From: Nitrospirota bacterium
Lineage (GTDB): Bacteria; Nitrospirota; UBA9217
DNA length: 60,258 nucleotides
Direction of reading: 5' to 3'
Assembly (NCBI GenBank): GCA_037444505.1
Contig: JBBIMH010000021.1
Location: 1-60,258, forward strand
The notes under the pieces are model-generated. The model did not search any database. It was not told the DNA's origin and worked only from the letters and a program-made list of their open reading frames with translations. This document shows, in pieces, positions 1 through 8,496 of this stretch; position 1 is the first letter of the stretch; the number at the start of each line of letters is the position of its first letter. The translations under genes were made by a program, and so were the position numbers.

Positions 1-224
1 TCCATCCACCTTAGAAAGGCTTATTTTTTGTCTTGACAATGGGGAGTACTTTAAATTACCCTCTTTGGAAAAGAGGGGTTAGGTGATATTTTCAAATCAT
101 GTCAATTCTATTTCGCTCTTCTTAATATTATTACAGAACGATCTTCATAAAACTTTTGACACTACTACTTGAGGAATGAGTCCGATTCGCTGTTAACATT
201 GGGAGGGCTTGCAGGAGAGAGGCG

Positions 225-1646
225 TTATCCAACTACATTATATTCCCTCACACGAAGCCTTGCGCCGAGCTCTTCCGCAATCCTTCTGCATGCCTCTATA
301 TCCACGCCGGGACAGTTTACTACAGTGGCGATGACCTCAGGGATGTGTTTCGCAGCCTCGCGGATGAACTCCTTCACCGCTTCGTATGCAGAAGGACCGA
401 ACTTCGGCTGGCAGATCTTATCGTAGAGCTTCGCATCCTGCGCATTCAGGCTCACGCTCACAGCATCCACCAGTCCCGCTAGCTCAGGGACGATATTCCG
501 CTTGTGTATCAGGTTGGCGTGGCCGTTCGTGTCTATGCGCACCTTCACCCTCTGCCGCTTGACCGCGGCGGCAACGGCCTTGACAACATCCAGCCTTATA
601 AGCGGCTCGCCGTAACCGCAGAAGACCACTTCATCATACTTTTTCGCATCTCCTATCGCTGTTATGACCTCTTCCGACGTAGGCTCATGCCGAAGCCTCA
701 GGTTATGGCCTTTCACGAAGTCCGTACGATATCGCACGCAGAATGAACAGGCTGCGGTGCAGCGGTTTGTGATATTCAGATAGAGCGAATTCCTTATCGG
801 ATATACAATCTCGCCCTGGCTCGGGAGAGTGCCTATGCCGAAGAGCTCTTTGGCATTGAAGCTCGTTATCCTCGCCACATCATCGAAAGAAAGCCCCTTT
901 ATCTCGGCTATGGTCTCGGCTGTATGGCGGATATAGGCAGGCTCGTTCCGCTGTCCTCGGAAGGCCTGCGGCGCGAGATACGGTGCGTCCGTCTCGATGA
1001 GAATGCGCTCTATCGGCACCTGCCTAACCACATCCCTCAAGGTCTCCGCCTTGGGATATGTGATCGGCCCCGCAATCGAGAGATAGAAACCCAGATCCAT
1101 CATCTTCCTCGCAAACTCCGCATCCCCGGAGAAGCAATGCATCACGCCCCCGATGGACGGATCCCATTCCTCGGACAGGATATTATATGTGTCTTCGTGC
1201 GCATCCCTGTCATGGACGATCACAGGAAGACCGAGCTCCCTCGCCTCTCTAAGCATGTCCCTGAATTTCCGCTGCTGCACCGTCCTTATCGTTTTTTCGT
1301 AGTAATAGTCGAGGCCGATCTCGCCATATGCAACCACCTTCTTGCTCTTGGCGAAGTGTCGGAGCACATCATGGGCGGGATGCAGCACATCTTTCGCCTC
1401 ATGAGGGTGTATGCCCACCGCAGCATAGATAAAATCATACTGCTCTGCGAGCAGCACCGCATCGCGGCTCGACTCCACAGTGGTGCCGATGGTGACGATA
1501 TATTCCACACCGGCATCCCTGGCCCGTCTTATCACATCATCCCGGTCTTCTTTGAATTCCCGCATCTCGAGATGCGCATGTGTATCGATCAGCATGAATA
1601 TCCACCCGTAACCTTCGACTGGAAGCGCTTGAGCCGGGCGCTCCAT
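225..1646 (-). CDS. TatD-family metal-dependent hydrolase fused to a TatD-associated radical-SAM domain
   Basis: The N-terminal half carries TatD motifs (IDTHAHLE, GEIGLDYY, HCFSG, ETDAPYL). The C-terminal ~180 aa carries a CX3CX2C radical-SAM triad (NRCTAACSFC). Both lie in one uninterrupted 473-aa ORF that starts 16 nt after the metG stop. Confidence 0.8.
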   Translation of the reverse strand: MERPAQALPVEGYGWIFMLIDTHAHLEMREFKEDRDDVIRRARDAGVEYIVTIGTTVESSRDAVLLAEQYDFIYAAVGIHPHEAKDVLHPAHDVLRHFAKSKKVVAYGEIGLDYYYEKTIRTVQQRKFRDMLREARELGLPVIVHDRDAHEDTYNILSEEWDPSIGGVMHCFSGDAEFARKMMDLGFYLSIAGPITYPKAETLRDVVRQVPIERILIETDAPYLAPQAFRGQRNEPAYIRHTAETIAEIKGLSFDDVARITSFNAKELFGIGTLPSQGEIVYPIRNSLYLNITNRCTAACSFCVRYRTDFVKGHNLRLRHEPTSEEVITAIGDAKKYDEVVFCGYGEPLIRLDVVKAVAAAVKRQRVKVRIDTNGHANLIHKRNIVPELAGLVDAVSVSLNAQDAKLYDKICQPKFGPSAYEAVKEFIREAAKHIPEVIATVVNCPGVDIEACRRIAEELGARLRVREYNVVG

Positions 1647-1662
1647 CCCGTCCCGACCCTGC

Positions 1663-3630
1663 CTATTTCACCCTGGCGCCTGGACCGATCTCACGGTCGA
1701 ATGTGACTACCGCAAGCCCATTGTTGTCGCTCGCGGCAAGAAGCATGCCCTGAGACTCCACGCCCATGAGCTTTGCGGGTCTGAGGTTGGCCACTATCAC
1801 TATGGTCTTGTCTATGAGATCCTCCGGAGAATAGCTTTTACCGATGCCTGCCACCACCTGCCTCGTCTCCGAACCCACGTCCACCTTGAGCTTTATGAGC
1901 TTTTCAGACTTCTCCACCCGCTCCGCTGAAAGGACCCTGCCGACTCTTAGTTCGATCTTCGCGAAGTCCTCTATGCCTATCATCTCTTTTTCCGTAGTAT
2001 CAAGCCTTGCGGCGGTGTTCTCTGCAGACCCCATTTTTTCCACAGTCTTCTCCCTCCTGATGTTCTTTCCCATCTCCATCCTCGGGAAGAGGTGCACGCC
2101 GGAAGCCGTCTCCGTTCCAGGCGGCATCTTTCCCCATATGACTTCTTCTTCCATCCGGCTCGCGCCTATCCGCCTGTCGAGGCCGAGTGCATCCCATATC
2201 CTCTGTGCGGTCCCCGGCATCACCGGATAGATGAAAAAAGCGATGAGCCTCAGAGATTCTGAGAGGTTGTATAATACACTACCGAGCCTGGCCATATCAT
2301 TCTTCTTTGCGAGGGCCCAAGGTGCATTCTCTTCCACATATCTGTTCGCCCTCGCCACGAGCAGCCACGAGTCCTGCAGATAGCGATTGAACGCCAGGAC
2401 AGACAGGTCTTCTTCTATCTTGGCCGGTATCTCCTGCGCAACGCTCCGAAGCTCTGCATCCTGCACAGATTCAGGTCCGGGACCTGGGAGCCTTCCCCTG
2501 AAATATTTTCCGACCATGGTGAGCACGCGGGACAGGAGATTGCCGAGGTCGTTCGCGAGCTCGGTGTTGTAGCGCTGGAGAAATGCCTCGAGCGAAAAGT
2601 CTCCGTCTAATCCGAACGGCACCTCCCGCAGCACGAAATATCGGAATGCATCGGCGCCGTACGCGTCCACAAGCTCATTCGGATCTATTACATTGCCCAG
2701 AGACTTGGACATCTTTCTGCCGTCCCTCGTCCACCACCCGTGCGCGAATATGTTTTTCGGAAGGGGCAGCCCGAGGGCCATCAGCATGGTGGACCAATAG
2801 ACGCTGTGGGTCGTAAGGATGTCCTTGCCAACAAGGTGATGGTCTGCAGGCCACCAGAAGGATTCACGCGCCTTCGGATCCCGGTCGCCGTCCGCCGGAG
2901 GACTGAGGTAGCGTGTGGCGGAAAGGTAGTTCACGAGCGCATCGAACCAGACATATGTCACGAAGTCCCTGTCGAACGGGATTTCTATGCCCCACGAAAG
3001 CCTGGCCTTCGGCCTTGAGATGGAGAGGTCTCCCAGGGGCTGGTTTTTCAAGAATCCCAATACCTCGTTCCGCCTCGTCTCCGGCAGGATATATCCGGGA
3101 TTGTCTTCTATGTGGCGGATGAGCCTCTCCTGATAACGGCTCATGAGGAAGAAATAGTTTTCCTCTGCGAGACGCTCGACAGGCCTGCCGCAGTCGGGAC
3201 ATCTGCCGTCCACGATATCCTTCTCGGTCCAGAAGCGCTCGTCTGGCGTACAGTACCAGCCTTCGTAGCTCCTCTTCACGATCTCGCCCTTGTCATACAG
3301 CCTCTGAAGCAGCTCCTGCACAACAGAAATATGCTCCTTGTCCGTCGTGCGTATGAAGGCGTGGTTGGATATCTCAAGTTTCTTCCAAAGCAGCCTGAAG
3401 TTCTCGGACATGATATCTGCATGCGCCTTGGGCGACAGCCCCCTCTCCGATGCGGCCTTGGCCACCTTCTGTCCGTGCTCGTCTGTTCCGGTGAGAAAGA
3501 AGACGCTGTCCCCTTTGAGCCTGTGATACCGTGCCATCGCGTCTGCTGCTATGGTTGTGTAGGCGTGGCCTATGTGCGGCACGTCGTTGACGTAGTATAT
3601 CGGTGTGGTTATGTAGAATCTGCTCTTCAT
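1663..3630 (-). CDS. metG: Methionyl-tRNA synthetase
   Basis: HIGH-type motif (VPHIGHAYTT), KMSKS loop and a C-terminal EMAP/Trbp111-like tRNA-binding domain. I moved the start to the ATG at 3630 (MKSRFYITTPIYY), just past the upstream stop at 3642. Confidence 0.95.
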   Translation of the reverse strand: MKSRFYITTPIYYVNDVPHIGHAYTTIAADAMARYHRLKGDSVFFLTGTDEHGQKVAKAASERGLSPKAHADIMSENFRLLWKKLEISNHAFIRTTDKEHISVVQELLQRLYDKGEIVKRSYEGWYCTPDERFWTEKDIVDGRCPDCGRPVERLAEENYFFLMSRYQERLIRHIEDNPGYILPETRRNEVLGFLKNQPLGDLSISRPKARLSWGIEIPFDRDFVTYVWFDALVNYLSATRYLSPPADGDRDPKARESFWWPADHHLVGKDILTTHSVYWSTMLMALGLPLPKNIFAHGWWTRDGRKMSKSLGNVIDPNELVDAYGADAFRYFVLREVPFGLDGDFSLEAFLQRYNTELANDLGNLLSRVLTMVGKYFRGRLPGPGPESVQDAELRSVAQEIPAKIEEDLSVLAFNRYLQDSWLLVARANRYVEENAPWALAKKNDMARLGSVLYNLSESLRLIAFFIYPVMPGTAQRIWDALGLDRRIGASRMEEEVIWGKMPPGTETASGVHLFPRMEMGKNIRREKTVEKMGSAENTAARLDTTEKEMIGIEDFAKIELRVGRVLSAERVEKSEKLIKLKVDVGSETRQVVAGIGKSYSPEDLIDKTIVIVANLRPAKLMGVESQGMLLAASDNNGLAVVTFDREIGPGARVK

Positions 3631-3641
3631 AGTCCGTCCAT

Positions 3642-4757
3642 TCATGTCTGCTGCGGCGTATCGCACTCGGGCCGCCCTTGTTTTGGCTTCTTCTTCCACC
3701 AGAACCTCCGTTTTTTCTTCTTCCCTTCTTTCTTTGGCTTTAGGACGGCCTGCACGCCTTCGTGCCTCTGCTGTCCGGGCCCGGCCTCTTGCTTCTCATG
3801 CCGCACTGCCGGCTGCATCGACCTCTTCTGCTGTCTGCGCTCCTCTTCTCTTCTCTGCTGCTCCCGCCTGCGCTCCTCCTCCCTCTTCTTCTCTTCAGCG
3901 AGGCGGCGCTCCATCTCCCTGCGCTCCTCCTCGAGCCTTCTCTCCTCCTGCTCGCGCTTCTCGCGCTCAAGCGCGCCCCGGATATCCGCCATATCCTTTT
4001 TTATATCATCGTACATCTCATACTCATATGACAAACAGCACAGCAACCTTCCGCAGACCCCGGATATCTTCGCAGGATTCAGCACGAGCTCCTGTTTCTT
4101 CGCCATTCTTATGGATACCGGCTCGAAATTGCGCAGAAACGACACGCAGCAGAGCTCCCTGCCGCACGGCCCGAAACCGCCGATGAGCCGGGCCACGTCT
4201 CTTACGCCTATCTGGCGCATCTCTATCCGCATGTGGAGCCTATGGGCGAGCTCCTTCACGAGCTCCCTGAAATCCACCCGCGTCTCGGCGAAAAAAAAGA
4301 ACGTGGCCCTCGTGGCATCGAAGGAAAACTCCGCTCGAACGAGCTTCATCGGAAGCTCCCGCTCCGCGATGAGCTGTCTGCACAAAAGAAAGGCCTTCGC
4401 CTCTTTGCCGCGGTTCTCTTCGTCCTTTTTTAGATCCTCTTCGGTGGCCCTGCGCAGCACCTTTCTGATGCCCTTGCTCTTTTCCGGAGGCGGCCCGGGC
4501 TGTTCCTTGAGTGCATCTTCGATGTCCACCTCTATCTCTGCATCCTGCGAATCCTCACCCTGCTGCTCCGTCCCGGCCACGGGCTGCATGACCTCAGGAG
4601 GCTGATCCATCTCCTTGACTAGCACAACTGTGGCGAGGCCGAGACCGCGCTCGGAGTCCACAATCACACTGTCTCCAGGAGACAAGTCCGAGCCTGTTGC
4701 ATCGAAATCGTATATCTTCCAGTTGTTTCTGAATTTTACGCCTGCAATCTTCACCAT
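3642..4757 (-). CDS. PSP1 C-terminal domain protein (RicT/YaaT-like) with a long Glu/Arg/Lys-rich tail
   Basis: Begins MVKIAGVKFRNNWKIYDFD and has a conserved Cys cluster (GPCGRELCC...GVCGRLLCCLSYE) typical of PSP1/YaaT. It sits in the holB-yaaT-metG neighbourhood. The last ~110 aa are low-complexity E/R/K. Confidence 0.8.
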   Translation of the reverse strand: MVKIAGVKFRNNWKIYDFDATGSDLSPGDSVIVDSERGLGLATVVLVKEMDQPPEVMQPVAGTEQQGEDSQDAEIEVDIEDALKEQPGPPPEKSKGIRKVLRRATEEDLKKDEENRGKEAKAFLLCRQLIAERELPMKLVRAEFSFDATRATFFFFAETRVDFRELVKELAHRLHMRIEMRQIGVRDVARLIGGFGPCGRELCCVSFLRNFEPVSIRMAKKQELVLNPAKISGVCGRLLCCLSYEYEMYDDIKKDMADIRGALEREKREQEERRLEEERREMERRLAEEKKREEERRREQQRREEERRQQKRSMQPAVRHEKQEAGPGQQRHEGVQAVLKPKKEGKKKKRRFWWKKKPKQGRPECDTPQQT

Positions 4758-4792
4758 TTTCTCTCACCGGTCACGAAGACGGGCATGTCAAC

Positions 4793-5776
4793 TTACATCC
4801 CGCTCAATTTCATCAGGAGGTTTTCCGCCACAAGCTGGCCGCCGACCCTCCGGTCTAGAAGCGACCTACTCTGCTCGAACAACTTCATATCTGACAGGAG
4901 CCTCTGCCTCGGCAGGGTCCCCGCCCACTGTCCAAGCATCTCCGCCATATGGCGGTGTATAATGATGCCGTCATCTCCTGTCTCGCCGAAGACCATGACG
5001 TCGCGAAGCCATTCCAGTCCTATCTCGAGGAACCTCTCGAGTTTCTCTCTGCTTTTGGATACGGCCTCCGCCGAAGAAAGGAGATCCTCCGTATCCATGC
5101 CGCGGTATGCCTTGGCCAGAAGCTCGAGCGCCTCTGCACGCTCCAACCTCTCTGCCTCGGGATCCATGCCGAGGCCGCGGCCTATACTGCCCCTTGCAAC
5201 AGCCGCTATGAACATAGCCTCGTCTTCCGCCATGCCCTGTTTTTCGATCAACATCTTTGCAAGCAGCCTCCTCGGCAGTGGATAAAAGGCAATCTTCTGG
5301 CACCTCGATCGTATCGTGGGCAAAAGGCTCTCGGAAGCAACGGCCACAAGTATAATCAGGCTGTCTCCCGGCGGCTCCTCGAGTGTCTTGAGAAATGCGT
5401 TCTGCGCGGCGCTGTTGAGGCTGTCCGCATCATCGACTATCAAAACCTTCATCTTTCCCTCGAACGGCTTGAGCGCCAGGATCGCCTGCGCCTCTCTCAC
5501 CTGGTCTATCTTGATCTCTCCTCCATCGGCTGAAAGGATGTGGATGTCGGGATGATTGCCGGAGGAGGCCTTGCCGCACGAGCCGCACCGTCCGCAGCCG
5601 GTGCCGTTCGAGGTACTGCTGCAGTTGACCGCAGCCCCGAGCGCAACGGCAACGGTCTTCTTTCCAATGCCCGACTCCCCTGAAAAGAGGTATGCATGCG
5701 CAATGGAGCCGCCTGCAACCGCCCTTCTCAAGATGGCAAGCTGTCTTTCATGCCCGATGATGTCGTCGAATGTCAT
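4793..5776 (-). CDS. holB: DNA polymerase III subunit delta-prime
   Basis: AAA+ clamp-loader pattern (HAYLFSGESGIGKKT, Zn-module CGRCGSCG, LIVDDAD, SRC motif TIRSRCQ). Located downstream of tmk. Confidence 0.85.
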   Translation of the reverse strand: MTFDDIIGHERQLAILRRAVAGGSIAHAYLFSGESGIGKKTVAVALGAAVNCSSTSNGTGCGRCGSCGKASSGNHPDIHILSADGGEIKIDQVREAQAILALKPFEGKMKVLIVDDADSLNSAAQNAFLKTLEEPPGDSLIILVAVASESLLPTIRSRCQKIAFYPLPRRLLAKMLIEKQGMAEDEAMFIAAVARGSIGRGLGMDPEAERLERAEALELLAKAYRGMDTEDLLSSAEAVSKSREKLERFLEIGLEWLRDVMVFGETGDDGIIIHRHMAEMLGQWAGTLPRQRLLSDMKLFEQSRSLLDRRVGGQLVAENLLMKLSGM

Positions 5777-5867
5777 ATCAAGGCCGAATATCCACTGAAA
5801 TCGCGTAAGATGGAGCCATGACCGCTTTGTGAGGGCGGCCTCGGGATAATCTACACTTTTTGTCCTT

Positions 5868-6560
5868 CTATTTCCACTTATTCGTCATGAGCATTCCATC
5901 TACGATCTTTCTTATCTCTCTATGCACATCTTCCGGACTTCTTGAGGCGTCGACGATCCGGATGCGCTCCGGCTCCTGCCCTGCGAGCGCTAGATACCCC
6001 GCGCGGACACGCTCGTGAAACGAGATATCCTCGTTCTCGAACCTGGCCTCCGCCTCGAGCCCCTCTGTGCTGTTCCTGCTCCGCGCCCTCTCGAGCCCTT
6101 TGCGTGCGTCTATGTCGAGCAGTATGGTCAGGTGAGGCTTGAGCCCTGATGTCACGATGCGGTCGAGCTCGTATATCACCGCCCTGTCCAGGCCGCGGCC
6201 GTAGCCCTGATACGCTATGGTCGCATCCGAGAACCTGTCGCACAGCACTATCTCCCCTGCCTCCAGGCCAGGCAATATGACCTCGCTCAGGTGCTGCGCC
6301 CTGCTCGCCGCATACAGGAGGAGCTCGGTCTTCGGATCAGGCCTGCTTCCCGGATCCAAGAGTATCTTCCTTATACGGTCTCCGATGGGCGTGCCGCCGG
6401 GCTCTCGCGTGAGCCTTACACTTCTACCGGCCGTGCGCAGGTAATCGGCGAGCATATATATCTGGGTGGATTTGCCCGAGCCCTCGATGCCCTCGAATGT
6501 TACGAATACACCCTTGCAGGCATCAGGGCCTTGCGACGGGCCTGTGCTATAGGTCGTCAT
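5868..6560 (-). CDS. tmk: Thymidylate kinase
   Basis: P-loop FVTFEGIEGSGKSTQ and the DRF motif (CDRFSDATIAYQG). Confidence 0.95.
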   Translation of the reverse strand: MTTYSTGPSQGPDACKGVFVTFEGIEGSGKSTQIYMLADYLRTAGRSVRLTREPGGTPIGDRIRKILLDPGSRPDPKTELLLYAASRAQHLSEVILPGLEAGEIVLCDRFSDATIAYQGYGRGLDRAVIYELDRIVTSGLKPHLTILLDIDARKGLERARSRNSTEGLEAEARFENEDISFHERVRAGYLALAGQEPERIRIVDASRSPEDVHREIRKIVDGMLMTNKWK

Positions 6561-8447
6561 CTACTTGAGCTCTATAAGGGCGTCTCCCCCCGCCCTGAGC
6601 GCGGGATTCGCTGCAAACAAGATCACCTGCGTCTTAGTGCTCAACTGCCTCAGCACCTGGCAGGCTGCGGCCTGCCTCGCAGGATCAAGCCCTGCAAACG
6701 GGTCATCGAGAAGAAACGGCAGCCGGAGTTTCCCCGCGAGCGCCTCCACAAGACCGGCTCGAAGACAGAAATACAGCAGCAACCGAGTCCCGTGGCTCAG
6801 GTCAGAAAACGGGATCCTGCGGTCATCCGTATCATACACGGCGGGGTCTCCGTCGTGGCCCGCCTCGAGCCTCGGATACCTGCCGCCTGTTATGCCGGCG
6901 AAATTGCGCTGCGCCGCCGCCACAACAGCGGCAATAAGCGTCTCCATCTCAATGCCTGCGATACGGCTCGCGATCTCGAGCTCTGCGAGAAATACGCCTT
7001 CCTGAGCATGTGTCATAGGCGCCGTAAGCGAGCCGAAATCATGGCCTGGACCGCCAAGGGGATCCCCCCACGGAGACTCGCCTGTCTCGGATTCGAGTCT
7101 CTCGATCTCCTGCCTGATGCTGTATGTATCGACTGCGTACTCTGCGACGGCGCTCGCAGCCCTCTCGAGCTCTATGATCTCCTGCTGCTGTCTTGCATAC
7201 TCCGCCCTGAGCTCTTCTACAGTCTCGCCTGCCAAGAGGCGCCTCATATCCTCGTCCGCCTCTCTCAAGAGGCTCCGGAAATGGTGGTAGTTGTCGGCCT
7301 TCTCCCTGAGCTCGGCGGTGGTAGTGGAGCCGGTGGCCTGCATATATGCCATTATGCCTGCACCCCCTTCGCCGAAGCCCTTCTCCACCTCGGCGAGCTC
7401 CGCCTCAAGCTCTTCGATATTCTTGGCCACCATCCTGCGCTGAGCATTCTTCTTCGAGCTGCGGTACCATCCCGCAGAGGCCAGCGCAATCGCCACTAAC
7501 ACCCCTATAGGGAAATAGTCTGCATACTCGCCGGTCAGAATGAACAATCCTGCTATGACGGAGATCGCACCGAGTATGACCCCTATGATGAACAGTGGAT
7601 CCTTCATGAGATCGGCCTTGGGCATGCCGGCGAGCTGGGCATTGAGGCCGTCAATGTCCCTCCTCAGGTCATCGCACTTCATCATCTTCTCGCTCTGGAC
7701 CTGCTCGTGCGCATCAAGCAGCTCGGCAAGATTATCCGGAAGCGTCTCGCAGCCCTTCAACGCCTCGACCTCCGCCCTGAGATGAGCGAACCTGTTCTCG
7801 TTTTCCTCTATGGACTCGAGCCTCTTTGCGATCTCGGAAAGCTTAATCTTCGCGCTCTCGAGGCGATACTCTACATCGGCAGTCTCCTCTGCCTTCCTGA
7901 GCTGCTCCCTTAGCTCGGCAAGCCTGGCCTTTTGCGGCGCGGAGGCCTCTTTGGACACCGGGACCGCCTTCGGTATGGATACGAAAGGCGCGGATGCCTG
8001 CCCTGACCGCCCCGCTTCGATGCCGTCATGCCGAAATATGAAGAGACGGGAAAATTCCTCTTCGGTCATTCCCGCTGTGAGTCCTGACATGAACTGAGCC
8101 GTGTCCTCCCACTCCCTGCGCAGCAGCACGAACTGTTTCGAGGCGGCATCGTATTTAGAGAGGTTCACGCCTGTCTTCGAGAAGTCCTGTATGATCCTGT
8201 AGTATGCGCCGTCATCCGCCGCCGCTACGAGCGCAGCACGCGATGCATCAGGCGTATAAAAAGAAACGAGCGGCCCGATGAGCTCTCGCCCGGCATCCGG
8301 AAACAGGAGGCGCTTGATAACATCTATCGATGTCGTCTTGCCCTTTTCGTTTCCAGCCAGCACGAAATTGAACCTCGGCTGGAACCTGAGCCTTGCAAGC
8401 TCTCGGAACCCCCGCACCCCCTGCATTACGAGCTCGACGATAAACAT
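6561..8447 (-). CDS. SMC/RecN-like ABC-type ATPase with central coiled coil and two predicted transmembrane helices
   Basis: N-terminal Walker A (LAGNEKGKTT), C-terminal signature-like LSHGTR and Walker B (LPFLLDDPFAGLD). The middle is a long heptad-rich stretch interrupted by a hydrophobic pair (PLFIIGVILGAISVIAGLFIL / FPIGVLVAIALASAGWY). Its stop abuts the tmk start. Confidence 0.6.
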   Translation of the reverse strand: MFIVELVMQGVRGFRELARLRFQPRFNFVLAGNEKGKTTSIDVIKRLLFPDAGRELIGPLVSFYTPDASRAALVAAADDGAYYRIIQDFSKTGVNLSKYDAASKQFVLLRREWEDTAQFMSGLTAGMTEEEFSRLFIFRHDGIEAGRSGQASAPFVSIPKAVPVSKEASAPQKARLAELREQLRKAEETADVEYRLESAKIKLSEIAKRLESIEENENRFAHLRAEVEALKGCETLPDNLAELLDAHEQVQSEKMMKCDDLRRDIDGLNAQLAGMPKADLMKDPLFIIGVILGAISVIAGLFILTGEYADYFPIGVLVAIALASAGWYRSSKKNAQRRMVAKNIEELEAELAEVEKGFGEGGAGIMAYMQATGSTTTAELREKADNYHHFRSLLREADEDMRRLLAGETVEELRAEYARQQQEIIELERAASAVAEYAVDTYSIRQEIERLESETGESPWGDPLGGPGHDFGSLTAPMTHAQEGVFLAELEIASRIAGIEMETLIAAVVAAAQRNFAGITGGRYPRLEAGHDGDPAVYDTDDRRIPFSDLSHGTRLLLYFCLRAGLVEALAGKLRLPFLLDDPFAGLDPARQAAACQVLRQLSTKTQVILFAANPALRAGGDALIELK

Positions 8448-8496
8448 AAAAAATCGCCCCTTTCAACGATTTTTTGTTAAATATAACCCAAGCCCG

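Noticed and set aside
169-426. 85-aa + strand ORF at the window start.
   Set aside because: Most of it is antisense to the 3' end of the TatD-radical-SAM gene. It has no RBS or motifs.
3112-4605. 497-aa ORF on the + strand, the longest of several long + strand ORFs between 0.9 and 7.5 kb.
   Set aside because: It is antisense to metG and the PSP1 gene, which have clear family motifs. Its translation is low-complexity Ser/Leu/Arg/Cys with no RBS or recognisable domain. This is a typical shadow ORF opposite a GC- and purine-rich coding strand.
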